Assembly: GCF_006345805.1 (NCBI RefSeq)
Contig: NC_043004.1
Location: forward strand, 83,452,001-83,516,000
From: Octopus sinensis
Taxonomy: Eukaryota
Length of the DNA: 64,000 nucleotides
Direction of reading: 5' to 3'
The position numbers and the translations under genes are program-made. How positions within the stretch are numbered: the stretch's first letter is position 1; each line of letters begins with the position of its first letter. The notes under the pieces were generated by a model that was not told the origin of the DNA, searched no databases, and was given only the letters and a program-made list of their open reading frames with translations. Below are positions 12,718-24,668 of the stretch, in pieces.

Positions 12718-12756
<39 letters not shown>

Positions 12757-12799
12757 TTTTATACCTTTGAATATACTTTCTCTCTCTCTCACTATATGC

Positions 12800-12851
<52 letters not shown>

Positions 12852-13429
12852 CAGCGTAAATGTATGTATGCATGGATCTATGTATGTATCTATCTACAAA
12901 CTTTAATTTAGGCGTGAAGTAAAAACGTAAATTAAAACTGATTAAGATTTTAATAATCTGCAATAATCTTTGCAATAAAATTTAAAAAAGACAAATCGAA
13001 ATGATGTTTTGCGCGCTGAAAAATCTCAAAGCAAATTATGGAGCCTCTCAGGAGACAAGTACAACTGCGCATAACTGCATATTGCAGCGAAGGTAAAATA
13101 TAGAAGATCTGGATTTTGAAGAAATAAGAGAATGAATGGGAGTGGGGATAGAGAGCGAGACAGAGAGAGAGAGAGAGAGAGAGAGAATGAGATAGAGAAC
13201 AGTAACGTAACAATGAAGTAGAGAGTGATGTTTTTTTTTTCATTTTGATTTGAAGAGATTTATAAATAATGTTGAAAGAGAAATAGAAAATGAAAGTAAG
13301 AAGGAAATTAAAGATTTTGTAAGCTAAATGGGATTCTATGGAAATAAATCGTACGGAGAAAAATAATCCAGAGAAATGGTGACTGAAACACAAGATATAA
13401 ATTGATTTCTCCAAAGGGGCAGATATGGA

Positions 13430-14105
13430 TGTGCGGTAGGAAGCGCGCTTCCCAACCATATGATCCTAGGTTCACTGCCACTGTGTGGCACCTTGGGCGA
13501 GTGTCTTCCTCTATAGCCCTGGGCCACCTAAACGCGCGCACACACACAGAACGTGTAGGTGACTATACAATACCTTTCTTCACCATGCTATGCACGTAGG
13601 CAATGCGAGAGTAGATTTTTAAGTATTATAAATCTTTGTTGTTATCGTATGTTGTTTGTAAATCACAAGGCACCGGGAGAAGTCTTGAGCATACACAACC
13701 TAATCCTAGTGAAGGAACCAGCAAAATGATGACCCCAATCGGATTAATCTTGGACATTATAAAACGCAATGAGTGTACCTTTGGTCACGATTGCAAGGAT
13801 AGAAGTGTAACAAAACAGACGCAATGGGTGTGGGTGTCACTAACAAATGCTAAAGCAGACGACAGCGTTTAAAGGGTTTACTCCGAAGACCCTCTCTTAC
13901 TCTTTTACTTTTTTACTTGTTTCAGTCATTTGTCTGTGGCCATGCTGGAGCACCGCCTTTATTCGAGCAAATCGAACCAAAACCTACTCTTTGTAAGCCT
14001 AATATTTATCCTATCTGTCTCTGTTGCCGAACCGCTAAGTTACGGGGACGTAAACACACCAGCATCGGTTGTCAAGCGATGTTGAGGGGACAAAGACAAA
14101 CACAC
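13430..14105. mobile_element. SINE family B fragments: head (+, 13430-13527) and tail (-, 13890-14105)
   Basis: ggttcactgccactgtgtggcaccttgggcgagtgtcttc; reverse tail ctcttactcttttacttttttacttgtttcagtcattt. Confidence 0.75.
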
Positions 14106-14116
14106 ATACATATACA

Positions 14117-14164
<48 letters not shown>

Positions 14165-14230
14165 TATGATAAAAGGCAGATTTTCTCTGCCTCCCAAACC
14201 GTTCGTTTTTTATACAATTGTACAATATAG

Positions 14231-14685
14231 AATTTCTTCAATTGTAATTTACCTATGGTTTTACAAGTAGATTCCATTGGGTCATGGCATGTAATTTTTT
14301 TTTCAATTTCGCCCCCAATTAAGCAAAAATTCGAGAAAACTCAATATTTTACGATTTCCCTCTTTCATTTCAAGTGCTTCACTCCTTCTATTACCACTAC
14401 ACTTTCTCCTCCTTTCTCTTTGCAAGTGTGCAACAATTAAAGTGAAAGTATTTATATATAAAAAAAAATACAGAGCAAGCAGAAACAAATAAATACATAA
14501 CGATTTACTCCTCACACAATTTCTTCAATTGGAGTTTACCTATGATTTTCCAAGTACATCCATTCGGTCATGGCATATAAATTTCTTTCAATTTCACCCC
14601 AAATTATGCAAAAATTCGAGAATATTTTACGATTTCCCTCTCACTTCAAAGGCTTTACTCCGCCTATTACTCCCACTTCCTCTTT
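14231..14685. repeat. Diverged direct repeat, ~180 bp, period ~287 (starts 14231 and 14518)
   Basis: aatttcttcaattg..tttacctatg..ttttacgatttccctct occurs twice. Confidence 0.7.
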
Positions 14686-15473
14686 ACACACATAGACACG
14701 CAAACATATACATATATGACAGTGTCAATTGTTGAAAGAAAATTGCAAGCTAAGGTGTGTATGTGTGTGTATGTGTGTGTGTGTGTGTGTGCGTGTATAA
14801 CAGGGATGAGCCATTAATAGAGGTCATCCTTTTTGCTAGAGGAAGATCCGCTATGGTCTTATATGCTACACCACTGGTTTTCAATTCATATTAATCAAAT
14901 TAATATTCAATTTTTCACTCTTATTATGTGTGTGTGTGTGTATTAGCAATTCGTATAAAATTGCATCAATGACTTGAACTTGAATAAGTGGTTTCACATA
15001 AACGTTGTTGTGTTGCATTTGTTAAATAATTGTAAACCGTAACCCTCCCCCTTTCGGAGAAGGGGCTTTGGTTATTGTTTCAAAATTGAATTGTGTCCCT
15101 GTTTGGGGAAATTGACAATATTTTCACCGTCTTTACGGAAGCATTTTTGTTAAAATGCCTTCGATAGAAGAATGTCCAAAAATGAATTTCGCTGCAGCCG
15201 TACACTTCTATACAAGAGGGAGGACAAGATCCAATTGATCGAAATTGCAAGAGACGGGCCTACAATTCCAGTCTGTTATATATTTTGAGTATTGTTATCA
15301 CTAGCGATATCAAGATATAACTTTGTATTTTGTATTTTATGTGTAGATGTATATATATAGATGTACATGTACTATGTACACATATATACATGCATAATAT
15401 ATCTACCCATACACACACACACACACACACACACATACATAGGGGCAGGTGTGGCTGTGTGGTAACAAACTAC

Positions 15474-16784
15474 GTTCGAAGATACTGTACTTGATATGGG
15501 TGGTAGTGCCTTGCCGGTCTATGGCCTACCTTCAACAAACCGGGAAGGCACAAACACTCTGTCTTCACATTTGCTGCGTGAGACATGTTTTAATGTTGAC
15601 GAGCTTGCTGAGTACATAGCCGACAATGAGCCAAAGCTCCTTCCAGAACAGAAGTTCGCTTACAACTCTGTTGTTAATTCAGTCCGGGCCAAAGCTGGGA
15701 GGATTTTTTCCTGGACGCTCCTGGGGGCACTGGGAAAACTTTTGTCAACAAATTAATATTGACTGAGATTAGGCGAACACAAGGCATTGCCCTAGCTGTG
15801 GCATCATCTGGAATTGCGGCTACTTTTTTGCCAGGCGGCAGGACAGCTCACTCCACTTTCAAGCTTCCGCTTGACTTAGCGAGGACTGAGACACCAACTT
15901 GCAACATCAGTAACAGCTCCGATCAGGCAGAAGTCTTCAGACGATGCAAGCTTATCGTTTGGGATGAATGCACGATGGCCCACAGAGGTGCTCTTGAGGC
16001 ACTAGATAGATCTCTCAGAGACATCAAACACTCTTCAGCTCCCATGGGAGGCATAACACTTTTTCTTTCAGGGGACTTCCAACAAACACTTCCCGTTATT
16101 CCCAAAGGGACTAGAGCTGATGCAGTAAGTGCGTGTCTTAAGTTATCCACATTGTGGCCACTGGTGAAGACTCTCAAACTTCACACCAATATGCGTGCTC
16201 ATATGCGACGTAATATCACATCAGCAGCATTTTCTCACACACCCCTTGCACTTGGCGAAGGCAAAATACTAGGGGATGAAAATGGTAATATTGCCATCGA
16301 TTCCATTTGTACCATTGTTAAAACACCTTCTGATCTCACAGATGCAGTGTTCCCAGATCTACAAGCAAATTATCAGAATATGGATTGGATTGGCCAAAGG
16401 GCTATTCTGGCCCCGAGGAATACAACTGTTCACCATATTAATGATGAAATGCTTAAACTCATTCCTGGGGATGTCTATGTATATAAGTCTATCGATACAA
16501 CTCCTGACCCAGATGACGTCATCAACTATCCAATAGAGGTACTCAATTCCTTTGAGCCCCCCGGACTACCACCACACATTCTCAAACCTAAAGTTGGTGC
16601 CCCTATAATGCTCATTAGAAATTTGGTTCCCCCAAAACAATGCAATGGCACACGTTTGATCGATAAGTCCTTATCTCCCACCGTAAATTTATATCAATAT
16701 TTGCCTGAATAATCATCATAATTCAGTGCAATCATTAACAGTACTTTCAAGCAATTCAGCCCCGAGCATCGGCGGGCAATTCTG

Positions 16785-16788
<4 letters not shown>
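15474..16788 (+). mobile_element. Helitron 3' fragment: PIF1-family helicase pseudogene plus 3' hairpin and CTRR end
   Basis: Walker A FLDAPGGTGKTF restored by a frameshift in the T run near 15704-15709. Motifs AVASSGIAATFLPGGRTAHSTFKLP, LIVWDECTM, LFLSGDFQQTLPVI, KVGAPIMLIRNL..CNGTRL. Terminal cccg..cggg (16761-16776) then CTAA (16785-16788). Confidence 0.93.
15759..16712 (+). pseudogene. Helitron PIF1 helicase ORF remnant (317 aa open frame)
   Basis: Supplied ORF translation; upstream motif I is frameshifted and the C-terminal helicase motifs are missing. Confidence 0.9.

Positions 16789-16878
<90 letters not shown>
16789..16878. repeat. (TA)n microsatellite
   Basis: Read directly from the sequence. 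Confidence 0.98.
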
Positions 16879-16882
<4 letters not shown>

Positions 16883-16924
16883 TAAATAAATGGAGTTTTA
16901 CGCTGGTGTAATCAAATATTTTTA

Positions 16925-17007
16925 CTTTCGACACATGTTTCGAAAATTCCACTGATACTATTCAAAAGAATAAATGGTATAAACAATGCAATCTTCTCCT
17001 CAGGAAA
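16925..17007 (-). ncRNA. Type-I hammerhead motif in a pLTR fragment (same family as 7059-7499)
   Basis: Minus strand: tttc-CTGAGGA-gaagatt..aattttc-GAAA-catgtg-TC-gaaa. The surrounding fragment (~16879-17160) ends at (TA)n. Confidence 0.75.
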
Positions 17008-17305
17008 TTGAAAAGAGCGAAACTTATCAATAAGACATTTTAGCAAAAAATGATGGATTTGTATAGCGATAAACAGAACGCTATTAATATTGTTTAAAAA
17101 AACGTTATATGATATAACGTCATAAGTAGCTAACAGAAAGAGTAGGGATACCAATAGTGAATGTTAAATATAAAGGAAATTAAAGTTTAAATTATATATA
17201 ATGATAGAGACTACTTATATGCACTAAATGTATGTTTTTGCCAATGCTTACATCTCTCCTCTCTCTCTATAATTATATATATCTTTCTCCATCTCTCTCT
17301 ATATG

Positions 17306-17369
<64 letters not shown>

Positions 17370-17446
17370 ATATACATATATACATACATATATGGAGAGA
17401 GATAGAGAAAGATATACATAATTATAGAGAGAGAGGAGAGTGATAC

Positions 17447-17493
<47 letters not shown>

Positions 17494-17555
17494 TACTGAT
17501 GAAATGAAAATATAATTTACGATAAAAATTTTGATGTTTATTTCGATTAAATGTA

Positions 17556-17965
17556 GGCGCAGGAGTGGCTGTGTGGTAAGTAGCTTGCTAACCAACCACA
17601 TGGTTCCGGGTTCAGTCCCACTGCGTGGCATCTTGGGCAAGTGTCTTCTGCTATAGCCTCGGGCCGACCAAAGCCTTGTGAGTGGATTTGGTAGACGGAA
17701 ACTGAAAAAAGCCTGTCGTATATATGTATATATATATATATATGTATGTGTGTGTCTGTGTTTGTCCCTCTAGCATTGCTTGACAACCGATGCTGGTGTG
17801 TTTACGTCCCCGTCACTTAGCGGTTCGGCAAAAGAGACCGATAGAATAAGTACTGGGCTTACACAGAATAAGTCCCGGGGTCGATTTGCTCGAATAAAGG
17901 TGGTGCTCCAGCATGGCCGCACTCAAATGACTGAAACAAGTGAAAGAGTAAAAGAGTAAAGAGTA
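17556..17965 (+). mobile_element. tRNA-derived SINE family B, full length with internal microsatellite
   Basis: Head ggcgcaggagtggctgtgtggtaag (A box), ggttcagtccc (B box), ccttgggcaagtgtc, internal (TA)/(TG), tail (taaaagag)n. Confidence 0.9.
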
Positions 17966-18094
17966 AGAGTGTCTGTGTGGTAAGTAGCTTGCTTACGAAC
18001 CGCATGGTTGCGGATTCAGTCCCACTACGTAGCACCTTGGGCAAGTGTCTTCTATTATAGCCTCCGAGGCTATAGTAGAAGACACTTGCCCAAG
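17966..18094 (+). mobile_element. Truncated SINE B head ending in a fold-back palindrome (18036-18094)
   Basis: cttgggcaagtgtcttctattatagcctc-c-gaggctatagtagaagacacttgcccaag. Confidence 0.85.
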
Positions 18095-18198
18095 TTTTCA
18101 AATTGAAAACTCCACTACAATGGACGAAAACATGTAATATCAAATAAATATCTGTAAATATAAAACCATCGGAATTTCTGAGGACCTCATTTCTTCTA

Positions 18199-18317
<119 letters not shown>

Positions 18318-18440
18318 TATAGATATATACATAAACACGTGTGCATACATATGTATACATATATATATATATATATGTATATGTACATATGTGTGCTTGT
18401 GTGTGTGTGAGTGTGCGGCTGTATAGACATAGATTCATTA

Positions 18441-18837
18441 TTCTTTTATTCTTTTATCTTTTTACTTGTTTCAGTCATTTGACCACGGCCATGCTGGAAT
18501 ACCGCCTTTAGTCGAACAAATCGACTAGTACTTATTCTATCGGTCTCTTTCCGAACAGCTAAGTGATGGGGACATAAACACTCCAGCATAGGTTGTCAAG
18601 TGATTTGGGGGGACAAACACAGACACACAAAAATATACTCACACACACACATTCACATATTTATATACATACACGACGGGCGTCTTCCAGTTTCCGTGTA
18701 CCAGATCCACTGACATGTCTTTGTTCGGCCCGAGGCTATAGTAGAAGGCACGTGCCCAAGGTGCCACGCAGCGGGACTTAAACCAGGACCATGTGGTTGG
18801 TAAGCAAGCTACTAACCACACAGCCACTCCTGCGCCT
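18441..18837 (-). mobile_element. SINE family B, full length
   Basis: Reverse complement of the 17556 family, ending cagccactcctgcgcc. Confidence 0.88.
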
Positions 18838-19600
18838 ATAAATCAAGTCTGTGTATGTACATATATTTACTTGCTTGTAGACTTTTATTAATGGTTTACC
18901 CCATTATGTAGATGTAACGTTTTCTATTATAAATAAAATCTGTTGCATTTTTGACGATACGGGAATGCTAGAACATAATACCATATAAATTTCCCATCTC
19001 AGAAAACACAGGATTGTACATATACATATTTTTTGAATGATGCTTGAAACAAATTGGGTATAGAACTGATATGCGAGATAAAATAAAAATGTATGCATAC
19101 ACTTGACATGGTACTTTTACTCAAGACAAACGACAAAGGATGGTTTGTAATTTTAAGTACCTACGTACCTACGTATCTATGAATGACTGAATGAATTGTA
19201 TTGCCAGACCAGACAAAGTGTGGGTGGCTTGTATAAGGAAAGATATATATTCCGACAACACATCATATCATAGACCACGTAAGAATATCTCTACAGTATT
19301 CACTCAGCGTATTAATCCTTATTACCTCAAACCAAAATATTCCATAGATTGTTCTCCTTGATGTAACTAAATAAATCTACTGTTTATGTATACATAGGAA
19401 CTTTATGTGTGAATCTAGTCTGATCTTTCGATTCGTATATAACAGTGACTCACTGTCTTCAAGCTTATCCCTTTTGCTTTAAAATATTCGTTAAACACTA
19501 ATGACATTTGTTTAACATTTGTTGAACTTAACTTATGTTGTTTTCTAATATATATTCTTACTATGAATCTATTTATATATTAGAGTGAGCAAAAAGAAAA

Positions 19601-20470
19601 TTATTTTACACTCTAGGCACAAGGCCCGAAACTTTGGGGGAGGGGCAAGTCGATTAGATCGACCTCAGTATACAACTGGTACTTAATTTATCGACCCTGA
19701 AAGGATGAAAGGCAAAGTCGACCTCGACGTAATTTGAACTCAGAACGTAAAGACAGACGAAATACCTATTTCTTTACTATCTACAAGGGGCTAAACACAG
19801 AGGGGACGAACAAGGACAGACACACGGATTAAGTCGATTATATCGACCCCAGTGCGTAAATGGTATTTATTTAATCGACCCCGAAAGAATGAAAGGTAAA
19901 GTCGACCTCGGCGGAATTTGAGCTCAGAACGTAGCGGCAGACGAAATACGGCTACGCATTTCGCCCGGCGCGCTAACGATTCTACCAGCTCGCTGCCTTA
20001 AAGACAGACGAAATAGCGCCAAACATTTCACTCAGCGAGCTAACATTTCTTATATCTTTATTGCCCACACAAGTGGCTAAACATAGAGGGAACAAACAAG
20101 GACAGACAAACGGATTAAGTTGATTACATCGACTCCAATGCGTAACTGGTACTTAATTTATCGACCCCGAAAGGATGAAAAGCAAAGTCGATCTCGGCGT
20201 AATTTGAACTCAGAACGTAGCGGCAGACGAAATACCTATTTCCTTACTACCCATAAGGGGCTAAACACAGAGAGGACAAACAAGGACAGACAAACGGATT
20301 AAGTCCATTATATCGACCCCAGTGCGTAACTGGTACTTATTTAATCAACCCCAAAAGGATGAAAGGCAAAGTCGACCTCGGCGGAATTTGAACTCAGAAC
20401 GTAGCAGTAGACGAAATATCGCTAAAACATTTCACCCGGCGTGCTAACGTTTCTGCCAGCTCGCGCCTTC
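19601..20470 (-). mobile_element. Nested cluster of SINE A units (type-2 copies inserted in type-1/type-2 heads)
   Basis: Full type-2 copy at 19767-19999 flanked by AAAGACAGACGAAATA (19749-19764, 20000-20015); second tail/head junction at 20236/20237. Confidence 0.9.
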
Positions 20471-21101
20471 TTAGCGAAAAGGAAATTAACAACAAAATGA
20501 TGAATATTAGTTCGTAAATGGTATACATCTAAATTTTACTTACTTTAGTCATTCATTAACTGCAGTCATGCTGGTGCACACCCTGTAACATTTCAGTCGA
20601 ACAAATCATATCAAGTACGTAAGTCATTCTTCGTCGACGTCTGGAATTATTCTACTGGTGTTATTTGATGAATCACAAACCAAATTCCGAACTGAGTCAC
20701 GTTTGTCACATTACGTCGATTAATACGGTTCAAAAAGAATATATCCTTCTGAATTGAGTTCTACACAACATACTTATTCTAAAAAAGTCTATTTAACATG
20801 AAATTAAATGTTTTAGTTAAAGTTTTTGCGTCATATTGCATTCCTAATATGTCTTTTCCATGGTGCAATTGTTACACACGCACGCACGTGCACATGCACA
20901 AACATATGTATATATATTATAATGTATGCAGATATATATATATAATAGTTATACGATATAGTGTATATTTAAACACATGAAGAATCCACTTATAAGAATT
21001 CAACAAGCTAGAAAGAACAGCTAGGTTCTATAACCACAAAAGTTAGGGAAAAATTTCGACAGGAATGAAATGAAAATACAAAAACATTTTACCATCTAGT
21101 T

Positions 21102-21175
21102 TCCTGGACCAATTGGTTTCTGATTTTAGTGTAGCGAGTCAAGGAACTCGCCAGGTGCAATCTTCTTCAGCAGGA
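21102..21175 (-). ncRNA. Type-I hammerhead motif in a further pLTR-like family
   Basis: Minus strand: tcctg-CTGAAGA-agatt..aatca-GAAA-ccaattgg-TC-cagga. Palindromic stem III; A.A mismatch at the first stem II pair. Confidence 0.7.
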
Positions 21176-21231
21176 TCACCTAAGGTTAAACGTATACACA
21201 CGGGGGGAACAAAACTATTTGCTCCGTATTT

Positions 21232-21398
21232 ATATACACGATGGGCTTCTTTTAGCTTTCCGTCTTCCGTATCCTCTCACAAGGCTTTGGTCGGCCGAGG
21301 TATACTAGAAGATACCTGTGAAGGCGCCACGTTGGGACGGTATTAGGTAACGCTGTTGTTGGTAAGCAAGCTGCTTGCCCCACAGACACTCCTGCGCC
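21232..21398 (-). mobile_element. SINE family B 5' half
   Basis: Reverse of head and body (ends cagacactcctgcgcc). Confidence 0.8.
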
Positions 21399-22329
21399 TC
21401 TGAGTACAGACACACAGACATACACACACACATACATATACACACATACACAACACACACACCACATATATATATATATATATTTATACAGAGATACATA
21501 GAGAGAGAGAAAGACAAACAGACAGATAGACTGATAGATGTATATATATATATATATGTGTGTATGTATGTGCATACATACATACATACATACATACATA
21601 CATACATACATACATACATACATACATACATGCACGTCCTTGATATCCTTTTAACAATCAAATTAATTGAATCAGTGAAAAAGAAGCTCAAATTATGATA
21701 TCGCTCATAGTAATTACTCGTATAAATACTAATCGCACATTACAAGCTAAGACTCAGCATCCACTTACTTCGAAAGTTATTTAATCAAATTAAAATCATG
21801 GCTAGTCCATTAACGCTGTAGTACACTTCCGTTATTTATTAGCAATATTCAAAATTTGGTCCACTAATTTGCATCCTGTGGCGTCGCTCTGTAGTTGTTC
21901 TTATTTTCTTTGTTAGTCTGCATTAAGAATAAGCGATAACTACGATGCTATAACATATCAATTATGCGTTTCTAAACTCTACATCGGTAGCGTAGTATAT
22001 CTCAGAAGTAAAATATAAATGCATTGTTGTCTATGTTACTATTGCCTGCAAATATTGTGGAGCACTTAATAGATAATATTAAATCAAGGAAGCAACATAT
22101 TTCGTCTTTATATGATGCATAATTTCGTGATGAAATATATAAATTGCGACCCATTTAATAAAGTTTATGTTTACATCTAAAACAGTAATGTTTTTTCGTT
22201 ACATAAGAAATATAACTGATGCAGAATATTAATTCATTATATACATCTCATCACTTTACATATCATCATCACAAATAATAATGTTTGTTCGGTGTATGTG
22301 TGTGTGTGGGGGGGGGGGGCAGAGTAGAG

Positions 22330-22595
22330 GTTATCCGGTTATCTGGTTTCTGTGGCGTAGAGGTTTCTCATCTGGGCGGGACGCCTGCCCGCCGTAAGTG
22401 AGCTGCTAAATGCAGGAGGAAAGGATGAGAGAATGTTGTGGCGAATGAGTCAGAAGTTCGCCATTACCTTCTGCCGGAGCCGCATGAAGCTTAAGTGTTT
22501 CGCTCATAAACACATACATCACCCGGTCTGAGATTCGAACTCGTGATCCCTCGACCGCGAGTTCGGTACTGTAACCATGCACTAGGCCATGTTCT
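22330..22595 (-). mobile_element. tRNA-derived SINE family C
   Basis: Reverse of the 29964-30269 family (gagattcgaactc = B box reverse; agaagttcgccattaccttc). Confidence 0.8.
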
Positions 22596-22816
22596 TCCAA
22601 TTGAATATTTACTCCCTACACAAACATACACACAGACACATATATATGTTTGCATGTATATATATATATATATCATATATATATGTACATATATATATAT
22701 ATGTGTGTGTGTGTGTGTATGTACATATGTATGTGTGTGTATATATATGTACTTACATATATATTATATACCTATATATATATATATGTTTATGTATGTA
22801 TATATTATATATATAT

Positions 22817-22866
<50 letters not shown>

Positions 22867-24199
22867 CTGAGTAGTAAGGAATATTGTCTAGATGAAAATG
22901 AAGTACGCTTTGTAGTATGTGCAATTACTAGTGAATGTGTATGTGTGTGCATCTTAGTGTGTGCGTGAGTGTGTTTTGTGTGTGTGCCTGTCTCTCTGTG
23001 TGCGCGCGTGTGTGTGTGTATTTCTTAGGCCAGTATTAGGCTGATTAAGAAATGTTAAACCTCATCGTTGTTTATGTCCATCACAGGGCAATGCTTTTGC
23101 ATATCTGTCTTCCTGTGTTTGTTGTTACTGGCAGTGTAATGGCTTGTCAAATATTCGAGATTACCAAGTGATAAATGAAAATTCTTGCCAAGAAAGTGTC
23201 AGAAAGGCAATTTACTAAAGTGCATTGGTTTATGAATTTATTTACTGGAAGTTCTTGAATTTGTTACATATTTTTCTACTTGTCATTATATTAGTTGTTG
23301 ATCATGATGTTTGAACTGTTGTTTCCATTCTAAATATAATGTCCCTGATAAATATCTTTGAGAAAAGAACCACTGAATTTGACCAGCCTTTTAATTATTC
23401 TATACTAGTACATAATACGACATTGAATATATCAGAGTTTTAGTTATGTACTATGATGAGTTTTCCCAGAAACTGCTGTGCAATTTCTAGTATCTGAATT
23501 GTCACCTTCGAGGTTTCATTTTTGTTGAGTATGTGGAATTAAATGTAGGATATGTAACCATAATGGCTTGTTATTAGCATTTTAAAACTAGTAGCGGTTT
23601 TTTTTATTAGCATAACACATAATACTCCCGAGTATTTAAGTAAATAAATCGTTTAAGGATGTTTATCCTAATGAAACGGATGTTGACCATAATTAAAGCA
23701 CCAACTATATGTGAAATTTATACATTACCATGTTTATTCACAAAACGAACATATTACAGCAATCTTGTTTGTCCCAAGTATCTGAGTAATACTTTATTAC
23801 TGCGTTATGACGTTACCATAATAACGTTAGGCGATGCTTAGAACTAAAGTGTCATTTTAGTTCAGATATCATATCCTGCTTTAGTGCATGTTATAGATAC
23901 ATCTCCACACACACACACCACAAATAACTCACTGCCCTCTGCTCGATTCGTTTCATCATCTTTTTTTATAACAACCACAAACCGGATGTTTCTATGCTCC
24001 TCCAACAATAGGGAGCAGTCGCTATATTTCATTTCGTAACGGCTACATATGCTGAGCGCAAGGTTACATTATCCGACTTTTACCTAACACTCAGCTGAAC
24101 CCCTAGTGCGAAACCGATTAGTAAAATCAACTCTAATGGATATATACTCTCTACACTTCGATTAATATATACACATATACGTGCATGTGCATATATACA

Positions 24200-24668
24200 G
24201 GCGTAGGAGTGGCTTACATGGTTCCAGGTTCAGTCCCACTGTGTGGCACCATGGGCAAGTGCCTTCTACTATAGCTTCGGGCCGACAAAAGACTTATGAG
24301 TGGATTTGGTAGACGGAAACTGAAAGAAGCCCGTCGTATATATGTATATGTACATACATACATATGTATATATATGTATATATATATATGTGTGTGTGTG
24401 TGTGTGCATGTGTGTGTGTGCGTGCGTGTATGTGTGTGTATATGTTTGTATGTCTGTGTTTGTCTCCCTACCAACATCGCTTGACAACCAGTGTTGGTGT
24501 GTTTACGTCCCCGTCACCTAGCGGTTCGGCAAAAGAGACCGATAGAATAAGTGCAAGGCTTGTAAAAATATAAGTCCTGGGGTCGATTTCTTTGACTAAA
24601 GGCGGTGCTCGAGCATGGAAATGACTGAAATGACTGAAACAAGTAAATGAATAAAAGAGAGTAAAGAG
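24200..24668 (+). mobile_element. SINE family B, full length
   Basis: Same head, body, internal microsatellite and tail as 17556. Confidence 0.88.

Larger units (their letters stand above)
11219..12720. mobile_element. Three-copy Penelope-like pLTR cluster: inverted copy (11219-11759) plus two tandem copies (11759-12215, 12216-12720)
   Basis: Near-perfect ~457-bp inverted arms (11219-11675 / 11759-12215). The third copy is in the orientation of arm 2. Each copy has a hammerhead; both outer ends abut (TA)n. Confidence 0.85.
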
